Part shown: positions 10,937 to 22,170 of the stretch, piece by piece
Position numbering within the stretch: position 1 is the first letter of the stretch
How the letters are laid out: the number at the start of each line of letters is the position of its first letter
Notes under the pieces: generated by a model
Database searches by the model: none
The model's input: the letters and a program-made list of their open reading frames with translations, nothing else
What the model was told of the DNA's origin: nothing
Program-made: the position numbers and the translations under genes
Assembly (NCBI RefSeq): GCF_964188315.1
Contig: NC_135662.1
Span: 24,242,001-24,306,000, forward strand
DNA from: Podarcis muralis
Lineage: Eukaryota
DNA length: 64,000 bases
Reading direction: 5' to 3'

Positions 10937-11227
10937 TCATAAGCTTTTTTCTATCTCTATGGTACCATCTCGAGGCTTGTGCGCATGGTCCATGCAACGC
11001 ACTTCCCGTTTGGCCACGGCGAGTGGGCGGAAATTTCCCCCTCTCTCGAGCGGTTCTCGGCGGCCGGGCGAGAAAGCCTGTTATAGACTTTTTTCTATCT
11101 CTATGGTACCATCTTAAGGCTTGTGCGCATGCTCCACGCAAGGCACTTCCCGTTTGGGAAATTGGCCACGGGGAGTGGGCGGAAATTTCCCCCTCTCGCG
11201 AGCTTAGCCGTTCGCGGCGGCCGGGCG
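10927..11227 (+). promoter_or_regulatory. RPL30 proximal promoter, present as a two-copy tandem duplication (144 and 157 bp)
   Basis: Identical 27-bp (10944/11088) and 25-bp (11021/11173) blocks; NRF1-like TGCGCATG, ETS/GABP-like CACTTCCCG and GCGGAAAT, GC box. Confidence 0.8.
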
Positions 11228-11260
11228 CCGCGTGGTTTTGCGCGTTGCATTGCGGGAGCT

Positions 11261-11304
11261 CCTTCCTTTCCTCGCGGCCCGGCCATCTTGGAGGTGCCTC
11301 TCTG
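11261..11304 (+). promoter_or_regulatory. RPL30: RPL30 non-coding exon 1 with 5'TOP tract and YY1-like site
   Basis: CCTTCCTTTCCTC pyrimidine tract; GGCCATCTTG at 11281-11290; donor G|GTAAGC at 11305. Confidence 0.8.
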
Positions 11305-11483
11305 GTAAGCGGGTCTCCGCGGGGTTGGGTGAGGGGAGCCGGGTGAGGAAGGGAAAGCCGAGTTTACGCGGGGCGGGGGGCGCAGCAGCTGGGACTGGAT
11401 ACGGTGGGACGTTAATTCTCTTCTCCCCCCCCTCCCCGTTTTCTTTGGCGCAGGTAACGGCGGAGCCGACGTGAGCCGACAGG

Positions 11484-11504
11484 ATGGTGGCCGCCAAGAA
11501 GACG
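11484..11504 (+). CDS. RPL30: 60S ribosomal protein L30 (eL30), coding exon 1 (MVAAKKT)
   Basis: Acceptor CAG at 11451-11453, AGGATGG start context, donor GTGAGA at 11505. Confidence 0.95.
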
Positions 11505-12597
11505 GTGAGAGGAAGAGCCGGGCATGGGGGGCAGCAGGAGGGCGGAAGGGGCCTCATGTGGGGAAAGGCAGAAACGGGAGGAGAGGAGGGTGATCTTCGG
11601 GGCGAGGAGCCTGTGAAACTTGGGGCCAAACCTGGTTGTAGAGTCATTAATTTTTATTTAATCTTTGTCGGATTTTAATTTATAGATCGCGTTTTTTAAA
11701 ATATTGTCTTGTTTGAAAGCACAGCGTAATGTGATTTATTTTGCTTATTTGGTGGAGCGGTATGCATTTCATAAATTGTATGTTCTTGGTTCCTTGTAGC
11801 TCATAGGCCTTTGCCAATCCAGTACTTCAGTGTTAGTTTCCTAGGCTTTTGCTAGTAGACGTGTGTGCAAGGAGTACTGTGTTTTTCTTCTATACATAAG
11901 GAGCTGCCTGTGGCCTATTTGCACAATGGTGGCTTTATATGAATTTATCTCTCCGTGTGATGAGTTGAATATAAGGTTGCAGGAGAGTGGTGTTGCATGT
12001 GGCCTCAGCTTTTCTGCTTAATCAAATGGCAGTGAAGTTGGATTGTTTTCGAGAATGACAGGTGTATAAATTTTGGGTGAGGCATGCATTTTCTGTCAGC
12101 ATAAGGCTGCAGATTTCCCGTACTTTGTAAGAACCCAGGCCCACTGAGATTACCAGGTTCTTAAAGTAATTTTTAAAGACTTGGGTATAAAAGAGATAGA
12201 ATTCAGGAGTTTTCGTTTTAGAAAGCAGAGACAATAGTGTAAGGGCAGGAATGTGTTCAGAAGTGTCAGTAACTCTTACAGTTTAAGAGATATATCCTAT
12301 CAGCATGGCTATGTAAGTTGTATATTATAAGAAACAAGCAGTAACTATAAAATACTATTTTTAATTGGGGATGTTTTTCCCTTTTCTTCCTAAGACCCTG
12401 GTTTAAGAGCTAAAACACGTAGCTGTGTACAAATAACTCCTGTCTTGATTTTTTTTAAGAGGAGAAATTAAACAAAAAAAATCTAATAAGTTTTAACATT
12501 TAAGTTCATCATCATTATGCATTATTTGATGTGTTTTGTGTGATACATATTCTTAGATGAGTGCAGTAAGCCCAGACATGTGGAATATAGAACTTAA

Positions 12598-12801
<204 letters not shown>

Positions 12802-13535
12802 TAAGTTTGTATCTACAGCAGTTTCTCAACCTTTTTCTGACTTCTATTTTGTTCACTTCTCACTTCCCTCTGTAGCCCCCTAGTCTCGTGCTGTGGCCCT
12901 CCATTTATGTGACTTTCACCTGTGGCCTCCTTGGAATATCCTGATCCCTGGTTGGGAAATAGTGATGGACCCTGGTTGGGTAACAGTGATCTATAGTACT
13001 GAAAATTTGAGATTTTGTAAACAAATTGAGCATGTTGTTTAGATGGCCAGGGTTTAATAATAATAACAACCAAAAATTGTTTTAAGTGGGACTCTTGTGC
13101 ACACTTGCCTGGGGGCAAGCCCCATTGAACTAAGTTAGAATTACTTTTCAACAAGCATGCATAGTATTGTGCTGTTAATCTTAGGTGTAATCTCTCACTA
13201 AAATAATTTTATAAAATAAGTTGCTCCAAGTAATGATGAAGGTACGTATGTAGACTTGACCACATTTTCACCAGCATATTTTTGCTCTTGGTAAATGGGA
13301 GATAAATAAACCTTGACGCCATGACCCAAAATGTATTGGAAATACTGATTTAGCACTTAAACATGACTATTTTTGCTATGGCATAGTAATGTTCCATATC
13401 CCTTATAAAACAAAGATATCTTTATAGCTGCTAGACTCCCTATCTAGATAGTAGAAGGTTTCAGGGATAAATGATGAAGCCTTTCATGAGGAATAATGTT
13501 TAGTGTTCATGTGAAATTTTCAGCCTGTATTGTAG

Positions 13536-13886
<351 letters not shown>

Positions 13887-14098
13887 TAGTGAACTTCACC
13901 GAGCTTACATTATATTGTAGTCTGAATCAGTTAATTCTGGAGATACATAGGAAAGTGATCTACAGGTCCCTGAGAATATAAATCCAACCCACTCCAACAT
14001 CTTCAAAATATCTAGTTAGTTTAAGTAATATCTTACTGTATAAAAGCCATTACTCTCAAACTACTCCTTAAGGTATTGCATTTTGAACTTTTAAAGCA

Positions 14099-14232
14099 CT
14101 GCGAATATTCTCGCTGTCCTGATATTTCAGTGATCAGGGCAGGCTAGACATTCGCTATATTATAACTATGTAGTGTGTCCCCAGAGCTAGATTTGCCTCC
14201 CTAGCTCTGGTTTTTAACTGCAAGTAACATCT
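14099..14232 (+). ncRNA. SNORA72: H/ACA box snoRNA SNORA72 (U72)
   Basis: 5' CTGCGAATATTCTCGCTGT resembles U72; two hairpins; H box ATATTA at 14157-14162; ACA at 14227-14229; RPL30 is the known host gene. Confidence 0.88.
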
Positions 14233-14406
14233 TTAGAGTGTACTTCCCCATATAATTAAAAGTTTTGAATTTATGCTGGAAAATGTTCATATAAATGCAC
14301 ATCTAAAAGGAAGAATGGGTTGTTGGCATCTTGATACAAAGAATTAATTGTGCAGCACCATTTGCTATAGTGTTTGTTAAAATATGTCTTTTCTCCCTCT
14401 CAACAG

Positions 14407-14456
14407 GTGATTCTGACATCATCAGAAGCATGCCAGAGCAAACCAGTGAGAAGTAG
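14407..14456 (+). CDS. RPL30: RPL30 last coding exon (DSDIIRSMPEQTSEK*); spliced CDS 348 nt, 115 aa
   Basis: Acceptor CAG at 14404-14406; stop TAG at 14454-14456. Confidence 0.97.
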
Positions 14457-14482
14457 ATATTGCTGAACTTTACATTTTGTGT

Positions 14483-14488
14483 AATAAA
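14483..14488 (+). terminator. RPL30 polyadenylation signal AATAAA
   Basis: Canonical hexamer 27 nt after the stop codon. Confidence 0.8.
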
Positions 14489-15182
14489 ACTGGTTACAAA
14501 TCTACCATTGGCAGGAGCTTTCTTGAGTTGCATATATTCATAGTTGCAAAACATGAAGACCACAAGATTGGGGAAGCCAGGTCTAGGGTATGTTACCACA
14601 AACTCTGGAGCGCTGATGTGCTTTTGACTGCATCTTTAGTAGAAGTTGTACTACCTTATTCTCCACCCTCTAAAATGTAGTGCCTTGCAGCTGTGAAAGC
14701 AGAATGTTTTATCATACTTGGCTCAAAACTAGTTCAGGCAACAAAAATGTCAATACTCACTTAGTGAGAAAGGGAGGCAATTGCTTAACAGAATTTATAT
14801 TAATGGGAGTTTTGTGAATTTGGGTTGTCTACCATAATACCCTGCCCATTTCATCTGGTAACATTACTGGCTTTGCCACGCAAACCTGTGGCAAATAAGG
14901 TATGAATTTGCAAACAAGGGTGCTATCAATTGAAAATGATATAAGATTGTTACTATTTGCTTCCTTCCCTTCACCCTAAGGTGAAGTTTCAAAAATTAAA
15001 TAGAATTTAAAATTGGGCTTCTGGGTTCTGTATTCAAATAGGCAAGTGGTCTGGTTGCTGTTCTAAAATTCAAAAATAATGGAGATAATAATTATTATCA
15101 GCCTTTGGTCTGATAATCATAAGTGAAAATCAAATGTTTTCAGAAATATTCAGAGGTGGCTTCCAAGGGCTCTAGAAGAAGC

Positions 15183-15193
15183 TTTATTTTATT
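15183..15193 (-). terminator. Probable MATN2 polyadenylation signals (overlapping AATAAA pair)
   Basis: tttattttatt on plus, about 1 kb past the MATN2 stop; an ATTAAA at 15972-15977 is an alternative. Confidence 0.4.
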
Positions 15194-16190
15194 GTTGCAG
15201 CTCAACCAAAAGTATTTATATAAATTCTCAAATGATCAGAACATTAGTTTCAGGGGCACTTCTGTTTCTTACAATGCTGGGATAAAAATGTCTTATGACT
15301 TTTTAAGCTCCAGAAGCCAAAAGGTCTTGGAATCAGTAACGTTCTTTCTTGGCAGCAGAAAGGCGTCTGGGATAGTAGCTTGAGATAAAGCCACTAAAAA
15401 AACTAGATACTGGGAAGGAAACAAGACTGTTGGGACTTAGGCTTCACTTTTCACATAATTCAGAGTTGGAGCTGCCTGTATTTCTTAGACTATTAATGCT
15501 GAATTGTGCAGTTGTAACAATAACCCAAATGTGCATTCTGGCACAAAAGCCATTTTCTCAATGTACTAAGCACTCTTTTGCCCTATTGGCTGATATTTTT
15601 AGAGTGTACTTGCATCTAGTGCCATGTTCTTTAGGATAGCAAAGCTGAGATTCAGCTTTGGGGTAGTACTGCATGTTACAATACCACAGGTATCCCAAAC
15701 TTGGGTTTACTGGTTAACATGAGTGGGTTTTTTGTCAGGGGGAGGTGCATGTGTGTGCTTAAACTTGCTAGCCAAGGTTCTCCCACCAGTGCCTTGGACT
15801 ATTTTTCCCTTGAAGGTTAAAGCATATTTCCCCATATTGGTATTTTAGGACAAGCTTGGGAAGCTGCTTGGTAACATGTACATGTTTCCACTGTCTCAAT
15901 TAGAGCAAAGACTATATAATAGGGCCTTGTATGTCTCTAAACAATTTAAACTGTTCTTTTAAAAGCACCATTTTAATATTTCATAGCTTATCTCAATTGA
16001 TAAAAATATTACAATTGTATAAAAAATTAAATCTTGCCATTTTTTCTGCAGTCAATACAAAAATGCAGTCTTGAAGTACTGGAACCATAAATTCTTTCTT
16101 CCAGCAGGAGACTGGCTCTTTTACATAGCTTAGATTTGCTCTCTTCATATGTATAAATATCCAACTCAGCACATACTTTGGAGAACACCA

Positions 16191-16243
16191 TCAGTATCTT
16201 AATCGATTTTCCAGGGCTTCCATTCTTTTTGACATTTCTTCTA
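16191..16243 (-). CDS. MATN2: Matrilin-2 last coding exon, coiled coil (LEEMSKRMEALENRLRY*)
   Basis: Matches the matrilin-2 C-terminus; preceded by an AC acceptor. Confidence 0.93.
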
Positions 16244-17252
16244 GTAATCTTAAATTAAGGAAACACCTCTTCACTCTTATTTTATAATATTATAAAGTAT
16301 AGACTACAGCAGCACTGTATGAACGGTTAGAAATTTTCAACCAACTTGTACATAATGAGGATCCCACATAAGGCTGTTCAGTAGAAGTAACTTGTTCTGA
16401 TTCTGGTCTTCCCAGAGGCATGAGGATCAGCACAGTGTATAACAGTATATTGGTTTAGGTAGGCCTTTGGCAAGGGTAAGAGCAATAGGCCTGCTCCTGC
16501 TGTAATAGAGAGTACTGCTGTGCTGTTGCAAATACACTTCTAGGTATATCGGTGAGAGGAGATGAGTTAGCCTGTTTCCCACACTTCTTACCTGCGTGTT
16601 CTTGGCTGGATTGGGCTGCATTTGTACTCAAAGATCATCCAAGAATTTATCACTACATGAAATAACCGCATCACCCATTTGTAAAGTGCACATGTAAGCC
16701 CTACATAGGTGATGCACCTTTGTGGATTGAAGTAGCCTATGAGGCACAGGCCTAACTACCTATTTGATGTTGTGAATCTTGCTATGTTCTTTATTTTTCT
16801 GAATTGAAACTGCATTATATATTGGCCACAGTTCTGAATTTTGGTGTGGCCGCTAGAGGGAGCCTGTGTTCCACATTTATCACCACTAACATTCTTTCAG
16901 AAAGCCACCAGGTAAGCTAAAATTGCCAAGCTGCTTGTGCCTCTGATCTCAGCCACCCTGACACAGTTCAACAGGCTAAGGGGGTTCAGAGGAAAATTCC
17001 TTATATCATTAATGAAAAGCAGAGGTTCTAGTGGAATAGGAAAAGGTATGGATGCCCTTTCTCTTCCACCCCACTCCCCAAAATACTGTGGATGCTGGCT
17101 ATTTAGAGTAGATGGGATTGCAACCAGCAGGATTTGCATCCTATTAAAGACTAAATGTGATTTAACTATAAATCTGTGTGTCAATTGAGGATTTGCTGTA
17201 TTACTTTCTCAGAAGCTGAGAATTTATGAAATAGGTATATAAAAAAGGATAT
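16244..17252 (-). other. U12-type AT-AC intron of MATN2 (1009 nt)
   Basis: 5' site ATATCCTT; branch box TTCCTTAAT at 16254-16262; terminal AC at 16244-16245; frame restored (C+TA = Leu). Confidence 0.93.
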
Positions 17253-17351
17253 GTTGTCGTGTTAGTTTTTTAACTTCAGCATTTGCAAAATTCTGGAACG
17301 TCATAAAGTTTTCACATTTACATGGGTCTTTCTTGTCTTCTGAAGGATTTC
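17253..17351 (-). CDS. MATN2: MATN2 exon, start of coiled coil ([15 protein letters not shown]...KKLTRQ)
   Basis: 99 nt; CKC motif. Confidence 0.93.
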
Positions 17352-17919
17352 CTGAAAAACAGATGGGAGAGGTTTAGAAAACCGTACTGTAACACATTAA
17401 CAAAATAAATACAGATCCATGCTAGAAACATCACTCACTTGCATCTGTCCTATTTAACATAATGAAGGTCACCAACAAGAAACAATGAAGTACATAGGAA
17501 ACTTGTGAAGCTGGTTGAGAAAAACTTTTTGCTTGTCCATTTACTAGATTTATTCATGTTTGCTCTATGACTGAAAGTAATGCATTGATACTAAAGGGGC
17601 AATCCATGACAGATAAATCTTAGATCTGACATAAGAGTTGCTCCAGTTGGGGCAGAGAAAATACTTCCACCTTCAATGAGTTTGAGGACTTTAATCCAAG
17701 GAACCCTTAATCTCTTCCAAGAGGTGATCACTGACAGGGATACAAGCACCAATTTGTTCAGCAAGGAAGCTTGAGAAGCTGTCCCATAGTAGGATGGATT
17801 TATTCACCTATTTACATAATTTCTACTCTGCATTCAGTGTTATTAAAGTACACTGACGATTGACAGTTCTCCATGGTTGCAAGTATCTGCTATCTAATGC
17901 TCTTTAATGGAGATGACAA

Positions 17920-18080
17920 GATTTAAACATGAATCAGAATTGTAGTCATCTAGTCCAACCCCTCGCAATACAGGAATCTCAACTAAAACATCTGTGTCTC
18001 AGCTAAAGCATCTGTAACCTATGCTTAAAAACCTCCAAGGAAGAAGTGCCCACAACCTCCGGAGGGAGGTTTCCATGCCA
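17920..18080 (-). mobile_element. CR1 LINE 3' end fragment
   Basis: catctagtccaacccct...ctatgcttaaaaacctccaaggaag resembles the reverse complement of CR1 3' ends; boundaries approximate. Confidence 0.5.
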
Positions 18081-18544
18081 AAGCATGTGCTCTACAATTG
18101 AGATTATAGTCACTTTCATAGCAGTGCATCATGCAAAACCCAGGATCAAAACAGAAACTTGTATAATCCGTGTAACCCTTCTGAGGGTTGACAATCATGC
18201 AGGACAAGACGTGCATAGCCTGCTTGGGGGGGGGATCTCAGGATTGGGATTATTTGAAGTAAACAACATTTTTGCACTGACAGCATTGATAAAATTGAAT
18301 ACTTAATGCTTTCCCAATTCAGCACAAATCCAAGCTGACCCAGCAGAGCCCTCCTCTCCATTCAGATTCAGACTTGGCTGTGATGAATTACAGTAAATAG
18401 CCAATAAATAGGGTAAACAGAAGTGGTACGTGTGTGTCTGGAATGGACTACTTCAGTTGTAGGTGGGGATTGTAACTGAGGAGGGGTCCTCCTGTGTCGG
18501 AGGATAAATATCCATGCTAAAGTGCAGAATGGAAGTAGATTTAC

Positions 18545-18655
18545 CTGAAGCTACTTTTGGTCGCAGCTGTTTTTCTTCAAAGAGATACTTGTGATGCACT
18601 GCAAAATTGGAACAGGCAAGAACGTCTTTGATTGCTAGGGTAGCTGCTTCAGGTT
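18545..18655 (-). CDS. MATN2: MATN2 unique-region exon ([29 protein letters not shown]...)
   Basis: 111 nt; similar to human [28 protein letters not shown]. Confidence 0.9.
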
Positions 18656-19189
18656 CTGTAAGGAGCCATAAAGAACAGCACTGGTTTCAATATAGTAAGC
18701 CACGTTGTATCTTACATATTTTCTTGTTCCTTATTGCCATCTAGCTTTTTACTTTACAAGTTTTGTGTATTTGTGTGTTTATTTTAGTGAAAGAAGACTG
18801 AATACACTGTGCTAAAAAGATAATTCCTCAGTTTGCTTTTTATGTGAAGCTTTTAGATTAACCCAGATCTACAGAGATAATATATAACATGCATAGTATG
18901 TTTTCAAAACTAAAGAATGGATTTAGTTGAAATGTTATAATTTTAAAAATACTTGCCTGCGTGCCTGAACTTCTACATAAGGTTATGAAAACTGTACCAA
19001 GAGCATGTGTTGCATATGGATTTGCACTCATTTTATTTTGATACAAATATTTAAAAACTAGCTCGGCAACAGCATTACAATGAAAGTGGCCTAATATTAC
19101 TTTTTCAAGAAATGATTGAGAATGACAAATGCTTAGTGGAGAACTAGGTGAGCTGGAAATGGAAGATACACAGACTTAGAATCTCAAAC

Positions 19190-19252
19190 CTTGAGAATGT
19201 GAATCTTCTGAATAAAGGACGTTTGCTGGCAAATCCTGGTGGCCTTTCAGAC
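19190..19252 (-). CDS. MATN2: MATN2 unique-region exon (GLKGHQDLPANVLYSEDSHSQ)
   Basis: 63 nt, phase 1-1; GHQDLPA resembles human GRQDSPA; donor GTTTGA is weak, so the 3' boundary is less certain. Confidence 0.7.
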
Positions 19253-19554
19253 CTGGAAGAAATATTGTCAACATGAAATAAAACAGCATTTATTACAGAA
19301 ATCTGTAACATACTAATGATCTAGAATAAACCGGGAAGACTAATGATATTTCAGGGTGATTTAGATGGCTAGAATTGTTTTTGGACAACAGAAAATCATT
19401 CAACAGGATCATTTCAGTAGTTACTGCTTGTTCTTTGCTAAGTCATCATTGAATATATATGCATATGTGCTTGGGAGGTCATGGTCTTGCCTGCAGAAAC
19501 ATGTATTACTTCAGAGAGTATGAATAATGTTCCTCCTATTCCAGATGTTGCCAC

Positions 19555-19559
19555 AGATA

Positions 19560-19607
<48 letters not shown>

Positions 19608-19920
19608 TTATTATTTATACCCCGCCCATCTGGCTGAGTTTCCCCAGCCACTCTGGGCGGCTCCCAATCAGTGTTAAAAACAGTACAGCGTTACATATTA
19701 AAAACTTCCCTGAACAAGGCTGCCTTAAGATGTCTTCTGAATATCAGGTAATTATTTATCTCTTTGACATCTAATGGGAGGGCGTTCCACAGGGCGGGCG
19801 CCACTACCGAGAAGGCCCTCTGTCTGGTTCCCTGTAGCCTCACTTCTCGCAATGAGGGAACCGCCAGAAGGCCCTTGGCGCTGGATCTCAGTGTCCGGGC
19901 TGAATGATGGGGGTGGAGAC
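19555..19920 (-). mobile_element. L2 LINE 3' fragment with (TTA)n tail
   Basis: ORF2 C-terminus LRSSAKGLLAVP..RAFSVVAPALWNALP..FRRHLKAALF; 3' UTR; long trinucleotide tail. Confidence 0.8.
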
Positions 19921-20044
19921 AATTGTGAGTGTAGGGATAAAACACACACAAACAAAATATATAGGATACCTGAAGGTGATATGATGCAAAGTGGGTTATT
20001 TGTCAATTATATGGAGGTGCGTAGGGAAGCATCTTATACTCTAT

Positions 20045-20482
20045 TAAAGGTAAAGGGACCCTGACTGTTAGGTCCAGACGACGCTGGGCTTGTGGCGCTC
20101 ATCTTGCTTTACAGGCCGAAGGAGCCGGCGTTTGTCCACAGACAGCTTCCGGGTCATGTGGCCAGCATGATTAAGCTGCTTCTGGCGAAATCAGAGCAGC
20201 GCACGGAAACGCCACTTACCTTCCCACCTTCCGGGTCATGTGGCCAGCATGATTAAGCTGCTTCTGGCGAAATCAGAGCAGCGCACGGAAACGCCACTTA
20301 CCTTCCCACCAGAGTGGTACCTATTTATCTACTTGCACTTTGACGTGCTTTCGAACTGCTAGGTTGGCAGAAGCAGGGACCGAGCAACGGGCGCTCACCC
20401 CGTCATGGGGATTCGAACCGCCAACCTTCTGATTGGCAAGCCCTGGGCTCAGTGCTTTAGACCACAGTGCCACCCGCCTCCC
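20045..20482 (-). mobile_element. Sauria SINE with an internal 82-bp tandem duplication
   Basis: taaaggtaaaggg tail and tRNA-like head with ggattcgaacc; duplicated unit at 20146-20227 / 20228-20309. Confidence 0.9.
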
Positions 20483-20628
20483 AAAGAGGTTTGGACCTAA
20501 AAGTTCTCTGCCTCTGACAGAAGGAGCTTCCTAAGTAAGGAGGCTTTCTCTAATAGAAGTGCTCTTTTAGCTGACAGAAGGACTCCTTTCATTGGATCCA
20601 ACCCAAACTTCCTGAACTGAGGGATACA

Positions 20629-20870
20629 CAGTAGTACCTTGGTTCTCAAAGGGCTTAGTTGTTGAACAAATTGGCTCCCGAACACCACAAACCCGGAAGT
20701 AAGTGCTCTGGTTTGTGAACGCTTTTAGGAAGCCGAACATCTGACACGGCTTCCAATTGAGTGCAGGAAGCTCCTGCAGCCAATCGGAAGCCGCGTCTTG
20801 GTTTTCGAATGGTTTCAGGAGTCGAACGGACTCCCAGAACAGATTAAGTTTGAGAACCAAGGTACCACTG
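20629..20870. mobile_element. Tigger-derived MITE, family A (242 bp)
   Basis: CAGTAGTACCTTGG / CCAAGGTACCACTG TIRs, TA on the right; both ends homologous to the ends of the 8585-10306 element. Confidence 0.88.
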
Positions 20871-22017
20871 TACTTTGTTTTTAGATTACGCATTAATGTG
20901 TCATCTTAGAAGAAGGATTCTTACTTGGTGAGAGAAGAGAGGGGGCAACACCACTTTTAAAGATTGTGCTTGCAGTCTACAGTTTTTTAAAAGTATTGCA
21001 TTAAAATATTTTTAAAAACCCTCAATCTGCTGCCTAATTAATTGGGGACAGCTTTAGTTTTTAAAAAATGGTTTAATCGGTTACAATCCTGGTAAGAAGT
21101 AGAATTGTGTGTGCCAGGCAGCATGATAAGCACTTGGGTTTTCAAAACAGATGCAGCACTAGTTATCTCCAGCTCTTATTGGGACATTTTCATACATGGC
21201 ACTAAAAAGCGCAAGTGAGATTCTTTTGAGCATTTGTGTCATGTATGAATGCAAGTAATGAACGTGGGAGAGAATATGGAAGATAAATTGAATGCATCTC
21301 CTAGCCAGTGCAGGGTTTACATTCATGTTAGCAGCTGACCTGAGAGAATAGCGGCCGCCAGGAAGAAATTAAAATAAGCAATAGAAAGCCAGATCCATGG
21401 CTCAAAGAACTGGAATAAAATACTTCAAGCCTGGAGTCGTTCATTTCTGAATTTGTCTACTCATTTTTATTCTAAAAATCACTATGCCAAAGAATATGTT
21501 TTTACTGTGACTTCGTCCTTGTTGCACTCAGTGCTGCCTGTGTCCTTCCCCTGTATTCCATCATAATTCCCTCAGATGTGACTAATACTGACCAACAGGC
21601 CATCTTAACAGAAAACTATAAATTACCAAATATCCCCAAAGGGATGGATTGTGCATGGTGTAGTTGTTTTTTAGAACTACTGGTGATCTTTCTGCAGTAT
21701 ATAGGAAGGGGAGGGCGTTGCCAGTTCTCCTGGGTTTCTTGAGTTGTACATTTCATACATGACTTGTTAAAAGCTGGCAGAAGTAGTAGAAATGATTGTA
21801 TATGTCCCTGGCATTAGAATAAAGTCAAATATTCCCCGAGTGATAAACAGCTGAAATATTACTCTTCCCAGTGGCTCATTGGTCATTGTGTTTTACACGT
21901 ATCCCTCTGATTTCTGCAGATGTTCAAGACAAATGGTTAGATCGCTTCTGCCAGGCCACAAACTTCTGTCTGCATTAATTGCTCATACAAGTAAACTAAA
22001 TCTGGGACAATTATTAC

Positions 22018-22170
22018 CTTCACAGATTCGGTTTTGCAGCTTTTCACTAATCTCTTCCATGGCACTGAAATCCTCTGCGTAGAAAAGATGCTTGTCTGGA
22101 GGGTCGGAAGCGATTTCTCGTAATTCTTCCTCAATTGCTTTCCCTATTCCGATGGCATACATTGTGATTC
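22018..22170 (-). CDS. MATN2: MATN2 vWA2, second exon ([17 protein letters not shown]...NRICE)
   Basis: 153 nt, AG/GT flanks. Confidence 0.95.

Noticed and set aside
11820-11942. Two good hairpins with ACATAA and ATA boxes in RPL30 intron 2
   Set aside because: The H box is about 33 nt from the pocket (14-16 expected) and the second hairpin lacks a pocket
11957-12146. C box GTGATGA in RPL30 intron 2
   Set aside because: The nearest CTGA is about 190 nt away and there is no terminal stem
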